From: Heteronotia binoei | Taxonomy: Eukaryota | Direction of reading: 5' to 3' | Length of the DNA stretch: 64,000 bases | NCBI RefSeq assembly: GCF_032191835.1 | Contig: NC_083231.1 | Location: 31,682,001 to 31,746,000, forward strand | Shown: positions 48,521 to 60,795 of the stretch, piece by piece | Position numbering within the stretch: the first letter of the stretch is position 1 | Layout: each line of letters starts with the position of its first letter | The notes under the pieces: model-generated | The model's input: the letters and a program-made list of their open reading frames with translations, nothing else | Database searches by the model: none | Told to the model about the DNA's origin: nothing | Made by a program: the position numbers and the translations under genes

Positions 48521-49509
48521 ATAGAAAGAAAAACAAGCAAGCAAACCCACACAGCAGTAAAAGGGAAGGGGGAGCCAAGCAGGTGGTAGATGGTATAACA
48601 TAGAATTGTACTGCCATCACCATACCTCTCTCAGAATATTGTTAAGCTACCCACAGGTTCCACATGATTTGGCACTGTTGTCAGTAATAGAGAATAGGGG
48701 CACAGATAATGGGACCCAAATGATCAGTGTGAACATTGCAATGTAGGAATGTGTCGTGTATATCTTTTTTTAAAAAAAATGTATGTATCACTTTGTTCAT
48801 GTTTCCATTTCTCTTCTTCATTTACAATGTGCTGATTTGTTTGCATTCTTTGAATTCTTCAAGCATTTCATTTTCTTGCTACATGAACATGGCATCAACG
48901 GCTAGCAGAAAGGCATGGTTACAACAACATATGTAAAAACATTTAAAGAAGCATCCTTTCTGGTGAAAAATGCTCAAAGCAAGTGAGTAAAGAAATAGTT
49001 TTTGTTGTGTTGGATCCTGCACAAAATGTTTATACGAGAGCTCTTACATAAGCAGCAATAGAAGAAAAAGACTGCAGTAGCCATTTGCACCAAGGTACAC
49101 TTATTGTAGCCCCACTTGCTTGCTCAAGATCTTAAGAAACAATTTTCTGGGCAATACAATATATAGGGAGGAAAGCCCTAGGTGTTTCATAAGATCTTGC
49201 ATGAGTGCGTCTGCAGCAAGTCCCTTTATGTTTCCACTTGCACATCACTGGATGCAAACCATTGTGTTTGGATCATCCCCAGTGAGGACACATAGATGTG
49301 TAAGAGGAGGTCCCACTGAGGACTGCAAGGATGGGATCCATTGCAGAAGCATCAATGAGTAATCCTAAAACAGGAACTTTGAACTTTGCTACTTCTGTGC
49401 ATTTAGTAATTGCAATCACATGTTCAATGTTCATAGTTAAAGCTCCACTTTGTGTTAGGTGGCTGAACCCCAGAACTGCAGGAATTTCCAGCTAATGCAC
49501 AGGTAAAAA

Positions 49510-49620
49510 TAGTTTCAGAGGGTAGCCATGTTGGTCTGCAATAGAACATCTTGTTTCATGAACAGTAGCACCTTAGAGACCAACAAGATTATTGGGGTAT
49601 GAGCGTTTGAGAGTCTTTCA
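49510..49620. mobile_element. Penelope-like element fragment
   Basis: GAGGGTAGCCATGTTGGTCTG...AGCACCTTAGAGACCAACAAG, homologous to the 15434 copy. Confidence 0.6.
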
Positions 49621-49864
49621 TCATCCACATGGGAGCTAGCTAGTTTTCTATTGGATAGAATAATAAAGCACACATTCCAAATTGCTAAGTGTATACTGAC
49701 CCATTTGGTTGGACCCCACAGATCTGTTCCATTAGCAGTAGTTACCTTATTCTAATTCAAGAGTTTCTTCTAGGATAGAGCTTCTTAGTATAGAGGAAAG
49801 TACCTTGTGCCAAAGAAAGGTGCCGCATTTAATAGAACAGACCTATGGGATCCAAGCTACTATT

Positions 49865-52800
49865 TAGAATAATAGAAACAAAGAGTTGAAAGGGACCTCC
49901 AGGGTTATCTAGTCCAACCCCCTGCACAATGCAGGAAAGTCACAAATACCTCCCCCTAAATTCACAGGATCTTCATTGCTGTCAGATGACCATCTAACCT
50001 CTGTTTAAAAACCTCCAAGGAAGGAGAACCCACCACCTCCTGGGAAAGCCTGTTCCACTGAGGAGTCGCTCTAACTGTCAGGAAGTTCTTCCTAATGTTG
50101 AGCTGGAAACTCTTTGGATTTAATTTCAGCCATTGGTTCTGGTCCTACCTTCTGGGGCCACAGAAAACAATTCCACACCATCCTCTATATGACAGCCCTT
50201 CAAGTACTTGAAGATGCTGATCATATCACCTCTCAGCTGCCTCCTTCCCAGCTCTTTCAACCTTTCTTCATAGGACTTGGTCTCCAGACCCCTCACCATC
50301 TTCGTTGCCCTCCTGTGGACCCGTTCCAGCTTGTCTATATCCTTCTTAAAATGTGCGCCCAAAACTGAACACAATAGTCCAGGTGAGGTCTTACCAGAGC
50401 AGAGTAAAGCGATACCATCACCTCATGTGATCTGGACACTATACTTCTGTTGATACAGCCCAAAATTGCATTTGCCTTTTTAGCCACCGCATCACAATGT
50501 TTTATTTATTTATTTATTTATTTATAATTTGTATCCCGCCCTTCCCACAAGTGGCTCAGCGGCTTCCAACAACTAGTCAAACATAAAAATTAAACAATAT
50601 TTAAATATAAACAATTAAACATTTAAAACAGTTAAAACCTTAAAAACCAGTAAACATTCCAAATATATATAAAAAACAGGAGACTGGCAAGCTACATTGA
50701 GTTCTCATCTCAGCTAGGTGTAAGCTAACCGGAAGAGGGTCGTCTTACAGGCCCTGCGGAACTGAACAAGGTCCCGCAGGGCCCTCACCTCCTCCGGCAG
50801 CTGATTCCACCATGTAGGGGCCATAACAGAGAAAGCCCTTTCTCTGGTGGATTTCAAGCGGGCTTCTTTCAGCCCAGGGATAGTGAGGAGATTTTGTGTT
50901 CCCGACCTCAGTACTCTCTGGGGAACATGTGGGGAGAGACGGTCCTTCAGGTAGGCAGGTCCCAGGCCATATAGGGCTTTAAAGGTAATAACCAGCACCT
51001 TGTACGGGACTCGGTATATCACTGGAAGCCAGTGCAGGGTCCGAAGACCCGGCCGAATGTGTCCCCACTTTGGGAGACCCAGTAACAGCCGGGCCGCGGC
51101 ATTCTGCACCAGCTGCAATTTCCGAGTTCGGGACAGGGGCAGCCCCATGTAGAGGGCATTGCAGTAGTCTAACCTCGAGGTGACCGTAGCATGGATCACT
51201 GTTGCTAGGTCGTCGCGGTCCAGGAAGGGGGCCAACTGCCTTGCCCGCCTAAGGTGAAAGAACGCGGACTTGGCAGCGGCTGCTATCTGAGCCTCCATCT
51301 TTAGAGAAGGCTCCAATAGTACCTTCAAGCTCCTGACCCTGTCCGCCGCTGTTAGCGGCGCACCGTCAAAAACTGGTAGGGGGCCCGCGGCGACCCAAGC
51401 AAAGGACCTCTGTCTTCGCAGGATTTAGCCTCAGTCCACTCAGTCTGAGCCACTCAGCCACGGCCTGTAGTGCCCAATCAAGATTTTCCAGGGCGCAGAC
51501 CGGCTGGCCGTCCATCAGCAGATAGAGCTGGGTGTCATCAGCATACTGGTGATACCCTAGCCCATACCTTCGGGCAATCTGGGCAAGAGGCCGCATATAA
51601 ATGTTAAATAACATCGGGGAGAGAACCGCCCCTTGGGGCACACCACAATCGAGTGTGCACCTCCGGGATAGCTCCCCCCCAATTGCGACCCTTTGTCCCC
51701 GACCTCCCAGGAAAGAGAAAAGCCACTGTAAGGCCAACCCCTGAATCCCCGCGTCAGCGAGGCGGCACATCAGTAGCCGATGGTCAACCATGTCGAACGC
51801 AGCCGACAGGTCTAACAGCATCAGCACCGCCGAGCCACCCCGATCCAGATGTTGACTCATGTTCAGCGTATTATCCACTAAGAACCCTAGATCCTTTTTG
51901 CACATACTACTGCTATGGCAAGTCTCCCCCATCCTATAACCATGCATTGGATTTTTTTTACCTAAATGCAAAAGTTTATTCCTGTTAAAATTCATTTTAT
52001 TGATTTTAGACCAGTTTTTCAGCCTGTCAAGATCATCCTGTATCCTGTTTCTGTCTTCTTTTCTGTTTGCAACCCCTCCCAATTTAGTATCATCTGCAAA
52101 TTTAATAAGCATTTCCTCTGTTCCTTCATCCAAATAATAGATAAAGATGTTGAAAAAAACAGGTCCCAGGACAGATCCTTGAGGCACTCCACTTGTCACT
52201 CTTCTCCAAGAGGATGAGGAACCATTCACAAGCACTCTAACAACCAGTTACAGATCCACCCAACGGTAACAGGATCCAAACCACATTTTACCAACTTGTC
52301 AACAAGAATATTATGTGGCACCCTATCAAAAGCCTTACTGAAATCAAGACAAATTATGTCTACAGTATTCCCCTGATCCAGCAAGGTAGTAACTTTTTTA
52401 AAAAGAGAGATAAGGTTAGTCTGATGTGACTGGTTCTTGAGAAATCCATGCTGGTTCTTAGTGATCACAGCTGTCCTTTCTAAATTTCCAGGACTGACAT
52501 TATTTTTTCTAAAACTTTTCCTGGTATAGGTGTCAAGCTGGCAGGTCAGTAGTTACCTTGATCCTCCTGTTTCCTCTTTTTGGAGATGGGGACAACATTT
52601 GTCTGCCTCCAGTCTTCTGGCACCTCAACTTTTCACCAATAATTCTCAAAAATAATGGCCAGAGGCTCAGAAATTATGTCCACAAGTTCTTTAGTACCTT
52701 TGCATGCAGTTTCATTTAAAGGTCTTAGTTTCATTTAAAGAAACTAGATGTTTATAAACTATTCCTGTGTTGATCCCAGGCAACGCCCTTTCTTCATCAT

Positions 52801-53040
52801 ATGTTCTGTTTTTGCCATGTTGAGCACCATTTTCCTCACAAGAGAAGACTGAGGGAAAGTAGGAATTGAGCAGTTCTGCTCTCTCTTCAACACCTGTTAC
52901 AATTTCACTTTTTTGTCCCCACAATTGGCCTACCATGTCCTTGCTCTTTTTCATACTTTGAACATAAGGAAAGAACCCCTTTTTTGTTGTTTTTAGCTTC
53001 TGTCACTAGCTTAGGCTCATACTGAGCTTTAGAACTTTGA
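49865..53040 (-). mobile_element. CR1 LINE (RT region to 3' end), decayed, split by an L2 insertion
   Basis: Minus peptides DFSKAFD (52226-52468), SGVPQGSVLGP / FADD (51849-52235), [12 protein letters not shown] (50126-50374); 3' tail at 49865. Confidence 0.95.
50502..51848 (-). mobile_element. L2 LINE, 5'-truncated, inserted into CR1
   Basis: LDLSAAFD, GVPQGAVLSP, YADD, NPAKTE, QNAAARLL; (AAAT)n tail at 50502; ATGTT on both sides (50497-50501, 51849-51853). Confidence 0.95.
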
Positions 53041-54319
53041 TTCTTTCCCATATGATAACTCTGTGGTATGCAGTGTAATGCAAATTTTGGCATTCTACTC
53101 CAAATACTTTCATTTTGTCTTTGTAAAATATTGTTGCTGTCATGAAGTTACAGGCTGTTCAGAATAAATATGTTTCAATATAACTAATGGAGACTTGCAG
53201 GATTTATTGGAAAAAAGTTTTCTCTTCTGTGCTGATTTCACTGGATAGCTAACTATCCCTGAGCCCTGAATCATATATAACATCTTTTCTATTAGCTGTA
53301 AGTGTGAAGCCAAGCTTTAATAGAGCGGTATTTTCAGCAGCAATTTGAAGGATGTATTCAGGGAGATTCTCAAAAGAGTCAGTTATGCCAATTTAAAATA
53401 CATACCATGGAGAATTGATCTCAGCCCTTTAAGATTACGTAGAAGAATGAAAAGAGCCTGCATTACACACACTGCTCCTTATGAATTATCAGTGAGTTTC
53501 TTACCGAATGATGGGAATGAGAATGGAATGTGGTCAAAGAGGCAGGAAGAAGTCATTAAGAGCCATCTGGGGAAAGGGGTGAGTGACAATGTCCTATCTT
53601 CTTTCTCCTTGGTTTTTTTCTTCATTCCTTGGGAGTCCCAATTCTGTCTTCATATGGACCTTTCGTTTAGCTTTCTTCTTCCCTTTCCCCCTTGAGTCTG
53701 ATTTCAGCTACAGCCTATACTTGTAGCTGTTCTACTGAGATGCCTACCACATGCTGGAATGTGTGTGAGATCATGTCAGAGATAAACCCTTGTGCAATAG
53801 GCAAGTTTTGAAGAAAACGTCACCATTTCCCCCAAGTCAAGCATTACCACTCAGTTCTGTTTCCATACAGTATCTGAGCACTTCACTCACCACTGTGTTT
53901 TCACATTTGTTCTGTATATTTTTCTTCTAAGCCTGACAGTCTCATTTCTTAGGGTGAATCATGTTGGTAGTTAGGCATGCAAATAGGTCTGAGATGAGAA
54001 TGGTGGTTGAAGTACTGGATACTGATCTTTTTTAAGTGGGGAGAACTGTTACACATCCTTTATATTTAGTTCCCTGGAGGGCACTTTGCAGAATTTTGTC
54101 TCTCTTTCAGACAAAAGGTTGCAGGTTCCCCTTACACCACCTTGGACTTCCCCCTCCCTTCTCCTGTGCTAAAGCAGCTGTTGGCTTAGGTTCTACATCT
54201 CAGTGAGAGAGAGCAGCCTACCCTCAAACTGGGCAGTGGCTGAAACAGAAAACAAAAGGGAACTGTTGACAAAGTGACACAGCTGCTTACCAAACCATGA
54301 AAGAATACTGAGAATATGC

Positions 54320-54515
54320 ATACACATGAAGCTGCTTTATATCAGACTCTTGGTCAAGCGAGTGCAGTATTGTCTACTCTAAGTGATAGTGGCTCTCCAG
54401 AATCTCAGACAAAAGCCTTCCATGATACCTCCTACTGCCTGACTGGAAATACTGGGGTTGAACTTGGGTCCTTCTGCATGCAAAGCAGAAGCTATAACAC
54501 TGAGCCACAGCCCTT
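54320..54515 (-). mobile_element. Second tRNA-derived SINE family (CR1-like tail)
   Basis: GGGGTTGAACTTGGGTCCTTCTGCATG...ACTGAGCCACAGCCC is a reversed tRNA head; a partial relative lies at about 62865-62965. Confidence 0.7.
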
Positions 54516-54905
54516 AGAATGAAATCACAAAAGTTTATTAAGAAATATAATGCAGATTTGTGGGCTGAAGAACTTATGAACTGAAGTGGTCTCAATAATA
54601 TATAGCAAAATATTCAGTACTATGTGTGATACATCAAATATTCCAACCCCGCCCCCCCCCCAAGCGTGTGTGTTTTCACGTGTGTAGACACACACAATGT
54701 GTAAAGCACTCCACTCTAGAAGGACAAGGAAAAAGGTCAAGGAGACAGAGTAAGAGGATAAAGCAATAAATACGGGGCTTATTGTTACTTATCCATATAG
54801 TTTTCAGGCAGAGGTCCAGTTACCAAGTCAAAATGCCCACACAGACACTAGCCTAAAACAAAATGCAAAGGGAAAAATAGAGGGAACCAAACCATGTTTG
54901 TGGTT

Positions 54906-55109
54906 NNNNNNNNNNNNNNNNNNNNNNNNNNNNNNNNNNNNNNNNNNNNNNNNNNNNNNNNNNNNNNNNNNNNNNNNNNNNNNNNNNNNNNNNNNNNNNN
55001 NNNNNNNNNNNNNNNNNNNNNNNNNNNNNNNNNNNNNNNNNNNNNNNNNNNNNNNNNNNNNNNNNNNNNNNNNNNNNNNNNNNNNNNNNNNNNNNNNNNN
55101 NNNNNNNNN
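54906..55109. other. Assembly gap (204 N)
   Basis: Run of N. Confidence 1.
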
Positions 55110-55828
55110 AGGAAAAAAAGTATGTCTGGAGGCAGTTAGCACAATGAGCTTTGCTTTCAGTGGGAAATTCATACAATTTTTATACTTCTGTTTCCTGACA
55201 GAACCTTACCAAAACGCATGGCAAACTGCTCTGGAAATTTCAAAAACAATTTGAAATACGACATGGGATGAAGCTTCAAAGGACACCAGTATAAATTAAT
55301 GGAAGTTTTTCTATCGCAGTCCTTGTTAATTACAGGTGCTTTTTAATGTATTTTCTTCCATATAGTTGTGTGCTCCAAGAATACTGGGTTTTTTAGCCTA
55401 AGCTGTGATACAGACAACATTTATAAGAAATGTGGTTAGATAAAAGAAACCAATGATCAAGAAAGTGCACTCAAGGCTTCCATCCTATCTTACAGATTTC
55501 TGCTTATCTTCTGTTAAAGCAAGAGAAATTTTGCATGGCATGAGGAATGAGAACAAGCTACTTCAGAGAATTATGTTTGCTTTAAGGAGAAATCAAGGGC
55601 AAGCCTATTTACCTGAGCTGCACTGCAAATCTGGAATCTGATGGCCAAACTCTATGTTATCTGTAATTCTTGTCCCCATTTTCTATCATATAAATCAGTC
55701 CAGGGTGGTTTATAGTACAAGGCTGGAGGGAAAGAAATGGGGTGCCTAATTTTTCTGTCTTGTATTTGTTTGCTAGAAATTACACGCACACCCCTTCCCA
55801 TTTGCAGGAAAACAGGAAATCCTATACC

Positions 55829-56312
55829 TGTCAGAACTCAAGAACTTCAAACGGATCCCATACTTAGTTACAAAGCTAGGATTTTATTGAAGAGAACTAG
55901 GTGCTGGAAAAGGCAAGATAACAGTAATGGCGAGAGCCAGCATCAGCTTGATTTTATACACGTAAAGCAAACATCTCACAAAGCCACAATTCACATTGTA
56001 GGGCGCAGCTGTCTTCTCACCATCACTATCAGTAGAGAGGATGCCTCCCTACTCTGAAGGCCATGCTGTTCGGCTTCAAAGGGTCCCAGTGTGAGAATGT
56101 GCAGAGACAAGACATAATTCATTCTACAGCCCCAAATATTTTGGATACCAGTGGGGCAAGGTTAATTACTATTCAGGCACTCTGGGTTAAGCAAAGGTTA
56201 CAACATGGAGTCAGTTTGGTTCAGTAACAATACAGCTCTAAGCCACAATAAAACTACCATACAGCATTGGTCACATTATAGAGGACCAGCAGCAAAGATA
56301 CAAGTTCTGACA
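55829..56312 (-). mobile_element. 3' LTR (484 bp) of the chromovirus
   Basis: TG...CA with a perfect 10-bp terminal inverted repeat TGTCAGAACT / AGTTCTGACA; minus-strand TATAAAA (55952-55958) and AATAAA (55883-55888); follows the PPT. Confidence 0.92.
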
Positions 56313-56323
56313 TACTACCCCCC

Positions 56324-59300
56324 CTAAGCGCCCCCTCCCGCGGGGCCGGCCTTGGGCTTGTGTGGGTACAGTAGGTGAAACTTTTTCAGCAGTTGCGGAG
56401 CCACTACGTTCTGAGACTCGACCCACTCGTCACAGCTCGGGGGGAAGTGTTTCCACCTGATCAAATAATACAGTTTCCCCCGTTTGACTCTGGAGTCCAG
56501 GATCTCCTGGACTTCATGGTGACTCTGACCCCTCACTGTCGTCGGAGGGGGCGGTGGGGCCCTGGGATGGAAGGACGTAGCACCAGGGTCTTTCCGAAGC
56601 AAGCTGCAATGAAAAACAGGATGGATCTTACTTAGAGATTTGGGTAGTTCGAGTTCCACCGTTACTTTATTTATCACCCTTTTGATTTTGAAAGGTCCGA
56701 GGAACTTCAGTGCAAGTTTGCGGCAGGACTGGGGAAGGGGGAGATTTTTTGTCGACAGGAAAACGGTATCCCCCACCTTTAGATCCCACTCTGGAGAGTG
56801 TTTTTTGTCAAACTGTTTTTTGTAGGCTTTTTTCGCTTCCTCCAGGTTTTCCTGAATTCCCTTCCAGCCTTCACGAAGTCCCTCCCACCATTGTTGGCAT
56901 GACGTTGGTTGGGATGGGCTGGCTGGGAGGGCGAGCGTGGGGAACGGCTTGCCCTCGTAGCCATTGATGATTTGAAAAGGGGAGGTTTTGGTTGAGCTAT
57001 GTAGGCTATTGTTGTAGCCGTATTCTGCAAAAGGGAGGAGATCCACCCAGTTGGACTGCTGGAAATTAATGAAACAGCGGAGGTATTGTTCTAGAAGGCC
57101 ATTAACCCTCTCCGTCTGTCCGTCCGACTGGGGGTGGTAGGCAGAACTCAGTCCTTGCTCAATGCCAGCTAGTTTGCAGAACTCCCGCCAGAAGTTGGCA
57201 ACGAACTGCGTTCCGCGGTCACTAATGACCTTGTCTGGGAATGAGTGTAGGCATACAATGTGAGTGAAAAAGAGCTGGGCAAGTTTTTTGGCTGTAGGTA
57301 ACTGTTTGCAAGGAATGAAGTGAGCCTGCTTTGAAAAGGTGTCGACTACGACCAAGATGACTGTTTTGCCTTGTGAAGGCGGGAGCTCAACAATGAAGTC
57401 CATGGAAACTACCGACCAAGGTCGGGTGGCTGTAGGGAGGGGAACTAGGTGGCCCGGAGGTTTGCCCCCCCTTCGTTTTGCCATGAGGCAAGTGGGACAT
57501 GACAGTACAAATTCTGAAACATCTTTTTTCATTTTCGGCCACCAAAATTGGCGGGTGAGCAAGTTGAGTGTTTTGACATAGCCAAAGTGGCCGGCTAAGC
57601 GACTTGAGTGGCAGCGGTCTAAAACCTCCTTCCTGAGGGGATCGGGCACATAGATTTTTTCATTGTGCAACCAGAGCCCGTTCTCGGCTTTGACCAAGTT
57701 GGGGGGGCGGTCAGTTTCCTGTTTGTACTCTGAGAGGAACCGAGAAAGTAATTCTAAGTCTGGAGGGTTGGTTTGTTTACCGGAGCGGGTGGTGACCCCC
57801 CCCGCGATGGCTGAGGGGGAAATTAGTGAGTCCACCACCTCCTCCTTGAGACTGTCGTGTTGGGGCATGCGGGAAAGGGCGTCCGCTAAAAAGTTCTTTG
57901 AGCCTGGGATGTGTTTCAACACAAAATCAAACTTAGCAAAGAAGCCTGCCCACCGGATCTGTTTTGCAGTCATTTTGCGACGCCCAGTGAGGGCTTCCAG
58001 GTTTTTGTGATCGGTCCAGATTTCGAAGGGGACTCTCGCTCCTTCAAGCCAGGAGCGCCAGGTTTTTAAGGCAAACATGACTGCAAATGCCTCTTTGTCC
58101 CAGACCGACCAGTTTCTTTGTTCATTGGAAAATTTCCTGGAAATATAGGCACAGGGTCGGAGCACCCCATTTTCTCCCCTCTGCATTAATATGGCTCCTA
58201 CAGCGGCGTCGGAGGCGTCGCATTGGACCACGAAGGGCTTTAGTTCATCAGGGTGAGCCAGCACGGGTTCGGAGGTGAAGAGGCGTTTTAGCTCAGTGAA
58301 AGCTTTTTGACAGTCAGGCGTCCACGTTAGGCGTGCGCCGGGTTTTTTAGCCTCGTCACCCTTCCCTTTAGTTTTGAGGAGTTCTGTAAGAGGGAGCATG
58401 ACCGTGGCGAACCCCTTTATGAAGTCGCGGTAAAAGTTAGCGAACCCGATAAAACTTTGTAACTGCTTGCGGGTTCGAGGGGGTTCCCAGTCTAACACCG
58501 CTTGGACCTTTGCGGGGTCCATGGACAATCCCTCCCCCGACACCCGGAAGCCCAAGTAATCCAGTTCGGTCTTGTGGAATTCACATTTCGACAATTTGGC
58601 ATACAGTTTGTGTTTACAAAGGGTGCTTAACACTTTTCTGACCAAAGGCACATGAGACTTTAGATCTTGTGAATAGATAATGATGTCATCAAGGTACACC
58701 ACCACCCCCTTGAACAGGAAGTCCCGCAGCACTTCATTAATAAAGTTCATAAAAACACCCGGGGCTCCCTGTAGCCCAAACGGCATGACAAGGTACTCAA
58801 ATTGTCCCAGTGGGGTGTTGAAGGCTGTCTTCCACTCGTCCCCCTCTTTGATGCGGACGCGGAAGTATGCGTCTCGGAGGTCGAGTTTGGTAAATATTTT
58901 CCCCTTTGCTACGGTGTTTAATAAGTCCTTTATCAACGGGATCGGGTAGGCGTTGGACATGGAAATCCCGTTTATCGCACGAAAATCTGTGCAAAGCCTA
59001 AGAGACCCGTCCTTTTTCTTTCGGAATAGGACGGGGGCGGCATGGGGAGCTGTGGCGGGTCGAATAAAGCCACGCTTTAGATTTTTGTCCAAAAACTTTC
59101 GGAGTTCAGCCTTCTCCGCCCAACCCATAGAGTACAGTTTCGCTTTGGGAAGCTGCTGCCCTGGGATTAGCTCAATGGCACAGTCTGTAGGGCGGTGGGG
59201 CGGTAGCTCATCCGCTTCCTTCTCGCTAAATGCCAGTTTTAAGTCTTGGTACTCCTTGGGGATGGAGGCGACTTCCTCGAGTGTGAGGCACGCCCGCATG

Positions 59301-59437
59301 TTTTGGGGGGGAGCGTGCGGCCCCCACTCGGGGCGCCAGTGGTGATGCTCGCACCTCCAATCCGGGAACCGGACGATCTGTTCCTCCCACCTTATGTCGG
59401 GTTGGTGGCGGGCGAGCCAAGCTGAGCCTACTACCAC
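56324..59437 (-). CDS. pol: Pol polyprotein (protease C-terminus, RT, RNase H, integrase, GPY/F, chromodomain), 1037 aa, 5'-incomplete
   Basis: RT LCTDFR, KLDLRDAYF, MPFGL, YLDD; RNase H CDAS, DKE, DHKNL, ADALSR; integrase HHCC, SMDF, SDRG, QTER; GPF; chromodomain EVQEILDSR...YLIRW...DEW; no internal stops. Confidence 0.97.
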   Translation of the reverse strand: MVVGSAWLARHQPDIRWEEQIVRFPDWRCEHHHWRPEWGPHAPPQNMRACLTLEEVASIPKEYQDLKLAFSEKEADELPPHRPTDCAIELIPGQQLPKAKLYSMGWAEKAELRKFLDKNLKRGFIRPATAPHAAPVLFRKKKDGSLRLCTDFRAINGISMSNAYPIPLIKDLLNTVAKGKIFTKLDLRDAYFRVRIKEGDEWKTAFNTPLGQFEYLVMPFGLQGAPGVFMNFINEVLRDFLFKGVVVYLDDIIIYSQDLKSHVPLVRKVLSTLCKHKLYAKLSKCEFHKTELDYLGFRVSGEGLSMDPAKVQAVLDWEPPRTRKQLQSFIGFANFYRDFIKGFATVMLPLTELLKTKGKGDEAKKPGARLTWTPDCQKAFTELKRLFTSEPVLAHPDELKPFVVQCDASDAAVGAILMQRGENGVLRPCAYISRKFSNEQRNWSVWDKEAFAVMFALKTWRSWLEGARVPFEIWTDHKNLEALTGRRKMTAKQIRWAGFFAKFDFVLKHIPGSKNFLADALSRMPQHDSLKEEVVDSLISPSAIAGGVTTRSGKQTNPPDLELLSRFLSEYKQETDRPPNLVKAENGLWLHNEKIYVPDPLRKEVLDRCHSSRLAGHFGYVKTLNLLTRQFWWPKMKKDVSEFVLSCPTCLMAKRRGGKPPGHLVPLPTATRPWSVVSMDFIVELPPSQGKTVILVVVDTFSKQAHFIPCKQLPTAKKLAQLFFTHIVCLHSFPDKVISDRGTQFVANFWREFCKLAGIEQGLSSAYHPQSDGQTERVNGLLEQYLRCFINFQQSNWVDLLPFAEYGYNNSLHSSTKTSPFQIINGYEGKPFPTLALPASPSQPTSCQQWWEGLREGWKGIQENLEEAKKAYKKQFDKKHSPEWDLKVGDTVFLSTKNLPLPQSCRKLALKFLGPFKIKRVINKVTVELELPKSLSKIHPVFHCSLLRKDPGATSFHPRAPPPPPTTVRGQSHHEVQEILDSRVKRGKLYYLIRWKHFPPSCDEWVESQNVVAPQLLKKFHLLYPHKPKAGPAGGGA

Positions 59438-59557
59438 GTCGAAAGAGCAGGAGGGGGCGATTACGAAAGTCTTTCTTTCTCCACAAAAGGAAACTTCTTG
59501 AGTCTTACACAGCTGAGTTTCTTACAGAAATGGAGTCCAAGCAGAGAGGATCTCTTT

Positions 59558-59739
59558 CAGGGCTTTTTTTTAACAGGAACTCCTTTGCATATCAGGCCAC
59601 ACACCCCTGATGTAGCCAATTGTCCAAGAGCTTACAGGGCTCTTAGTACAGGGCCTGCTGTAAACTCCAGGAGGATTGGCTACATCAGGGGTGTGTGGTC
59701 TAATATGCAGAGGAGTTTCTGCTACAAAAAAAAGCCCAG
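59558..59739. mobile_element. Palindromic CAGGGCTTTTTTT hAT MITE
   Basis: Near fold-back along its whole length; TSD ATCTCTTT / GTCTCTTT (7/8). Confidence 0.85.
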
Positions 59740-60795
59740 GTCTCTTTGAAACTTCTTATCTATCACATTTTTATTCCACCCTTTCTCCAAGAACTTCCTC
59801 GCAGCATATATTGTTTTCTTCTCTATTTTACACTCACATAAATTATATGAAATGAGAGAGAGAGAGAGAGACTGCCAGAACGTCACCCAGCAAACTTCAT
59901 GACTGAATGAGGATTTGAACCCAACCCCAGTCCTTTCTCCAATCACTGCATCACAGTGACTACAGCCAAATCAACCAAAGAACATTCAGTCACTGAATAC
60001 CAATGACAAGGGTTAGCAACTGGTTGGTTAGCGAATGCAAGGGGCAGCCTTAGTGATTCTAAGGCCTCAAACAAAACTGGAGGATGGAGTTTCAGAATCA
60101 CTCATGCAATATGGGGGATGGCAATCAGTTGCCCCCACTGTCCTACAGCTAATTACTTTCCCCCAACTGATTGTCAGGCATCATGACTTCACAGTGGTGG
60201 GAGCTTCTGGGCAGCAGCAGAAAAGCTGGTTTCAGGGTAGAGGGGAGCTGCCAGCATGCCCTCCGAGTGCGCATCCCAAAGAAGCTGCCCTTGATGCTCA
60301 TGGCTAATCTCACCTATGGCAGAAACCAACAGATTTTTAGTTTCTGAGTTGATTCATTAGGCACTGGCAGAAAAAGTCTACCCAAATGAGTAAAAAAGTA
60401 TATAGTAGAATCCTTAAATGTCCATATTCATTCTTAGATAATGAAAAGCAAACCCTCCCATCTCAATTGGGAACCAGCTCCATCACAGTGAATTATTTTC
60501 TAAGAAAATCAGGAAATAAACCATAGTCTTTTTGAGCCTGTTTTGAAGTTTCAGCCCTGTTAATGCTCCCAGTATTATCACCTGGCAGCTGATTAATACC
60601 TAGCATCTTCACCCAACCCTCCTTAATTCCTGAACTGCCCCATATCCTCTTCCTTACTGCTCAAAATATCTTTGGCAGTAATAGAATCAACAGAGTTGAT
60701 CCTCACATGGCGAAGGCTGAAGAATGTAGCAACAACTTAGACAGAGGACCTTAAGAAATCTAGATTCCCATGCATCCTTAGGAGGGGTTCAGTAG

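Larger units (their letters stand above)
55829..59485 (-). mobile_element. Ty3/Gypsy chromovirus (Sushi-like) LTR retrotransposon, lacking the 5' LTR and gag
   Basis: Intact pol, a PPT (AGGGGGGG at 56318-56325) and a 3' LTR; homology stops inside the protease region at about 59485. Confidence 0.95.

Noticed and set aside
51366-52235. A genuine dual-reverse-transcriptase gene
   Set aside because: Fully explained by an L2 inserted in frame into a CR1 at an ATGTT duplication.
56375-59486. Multiple short plus-strand and alternative-frame ORFs over the Gypsy element
   Set aside because: Shadow ORFs of a GC-rich pol with no independent motifs.
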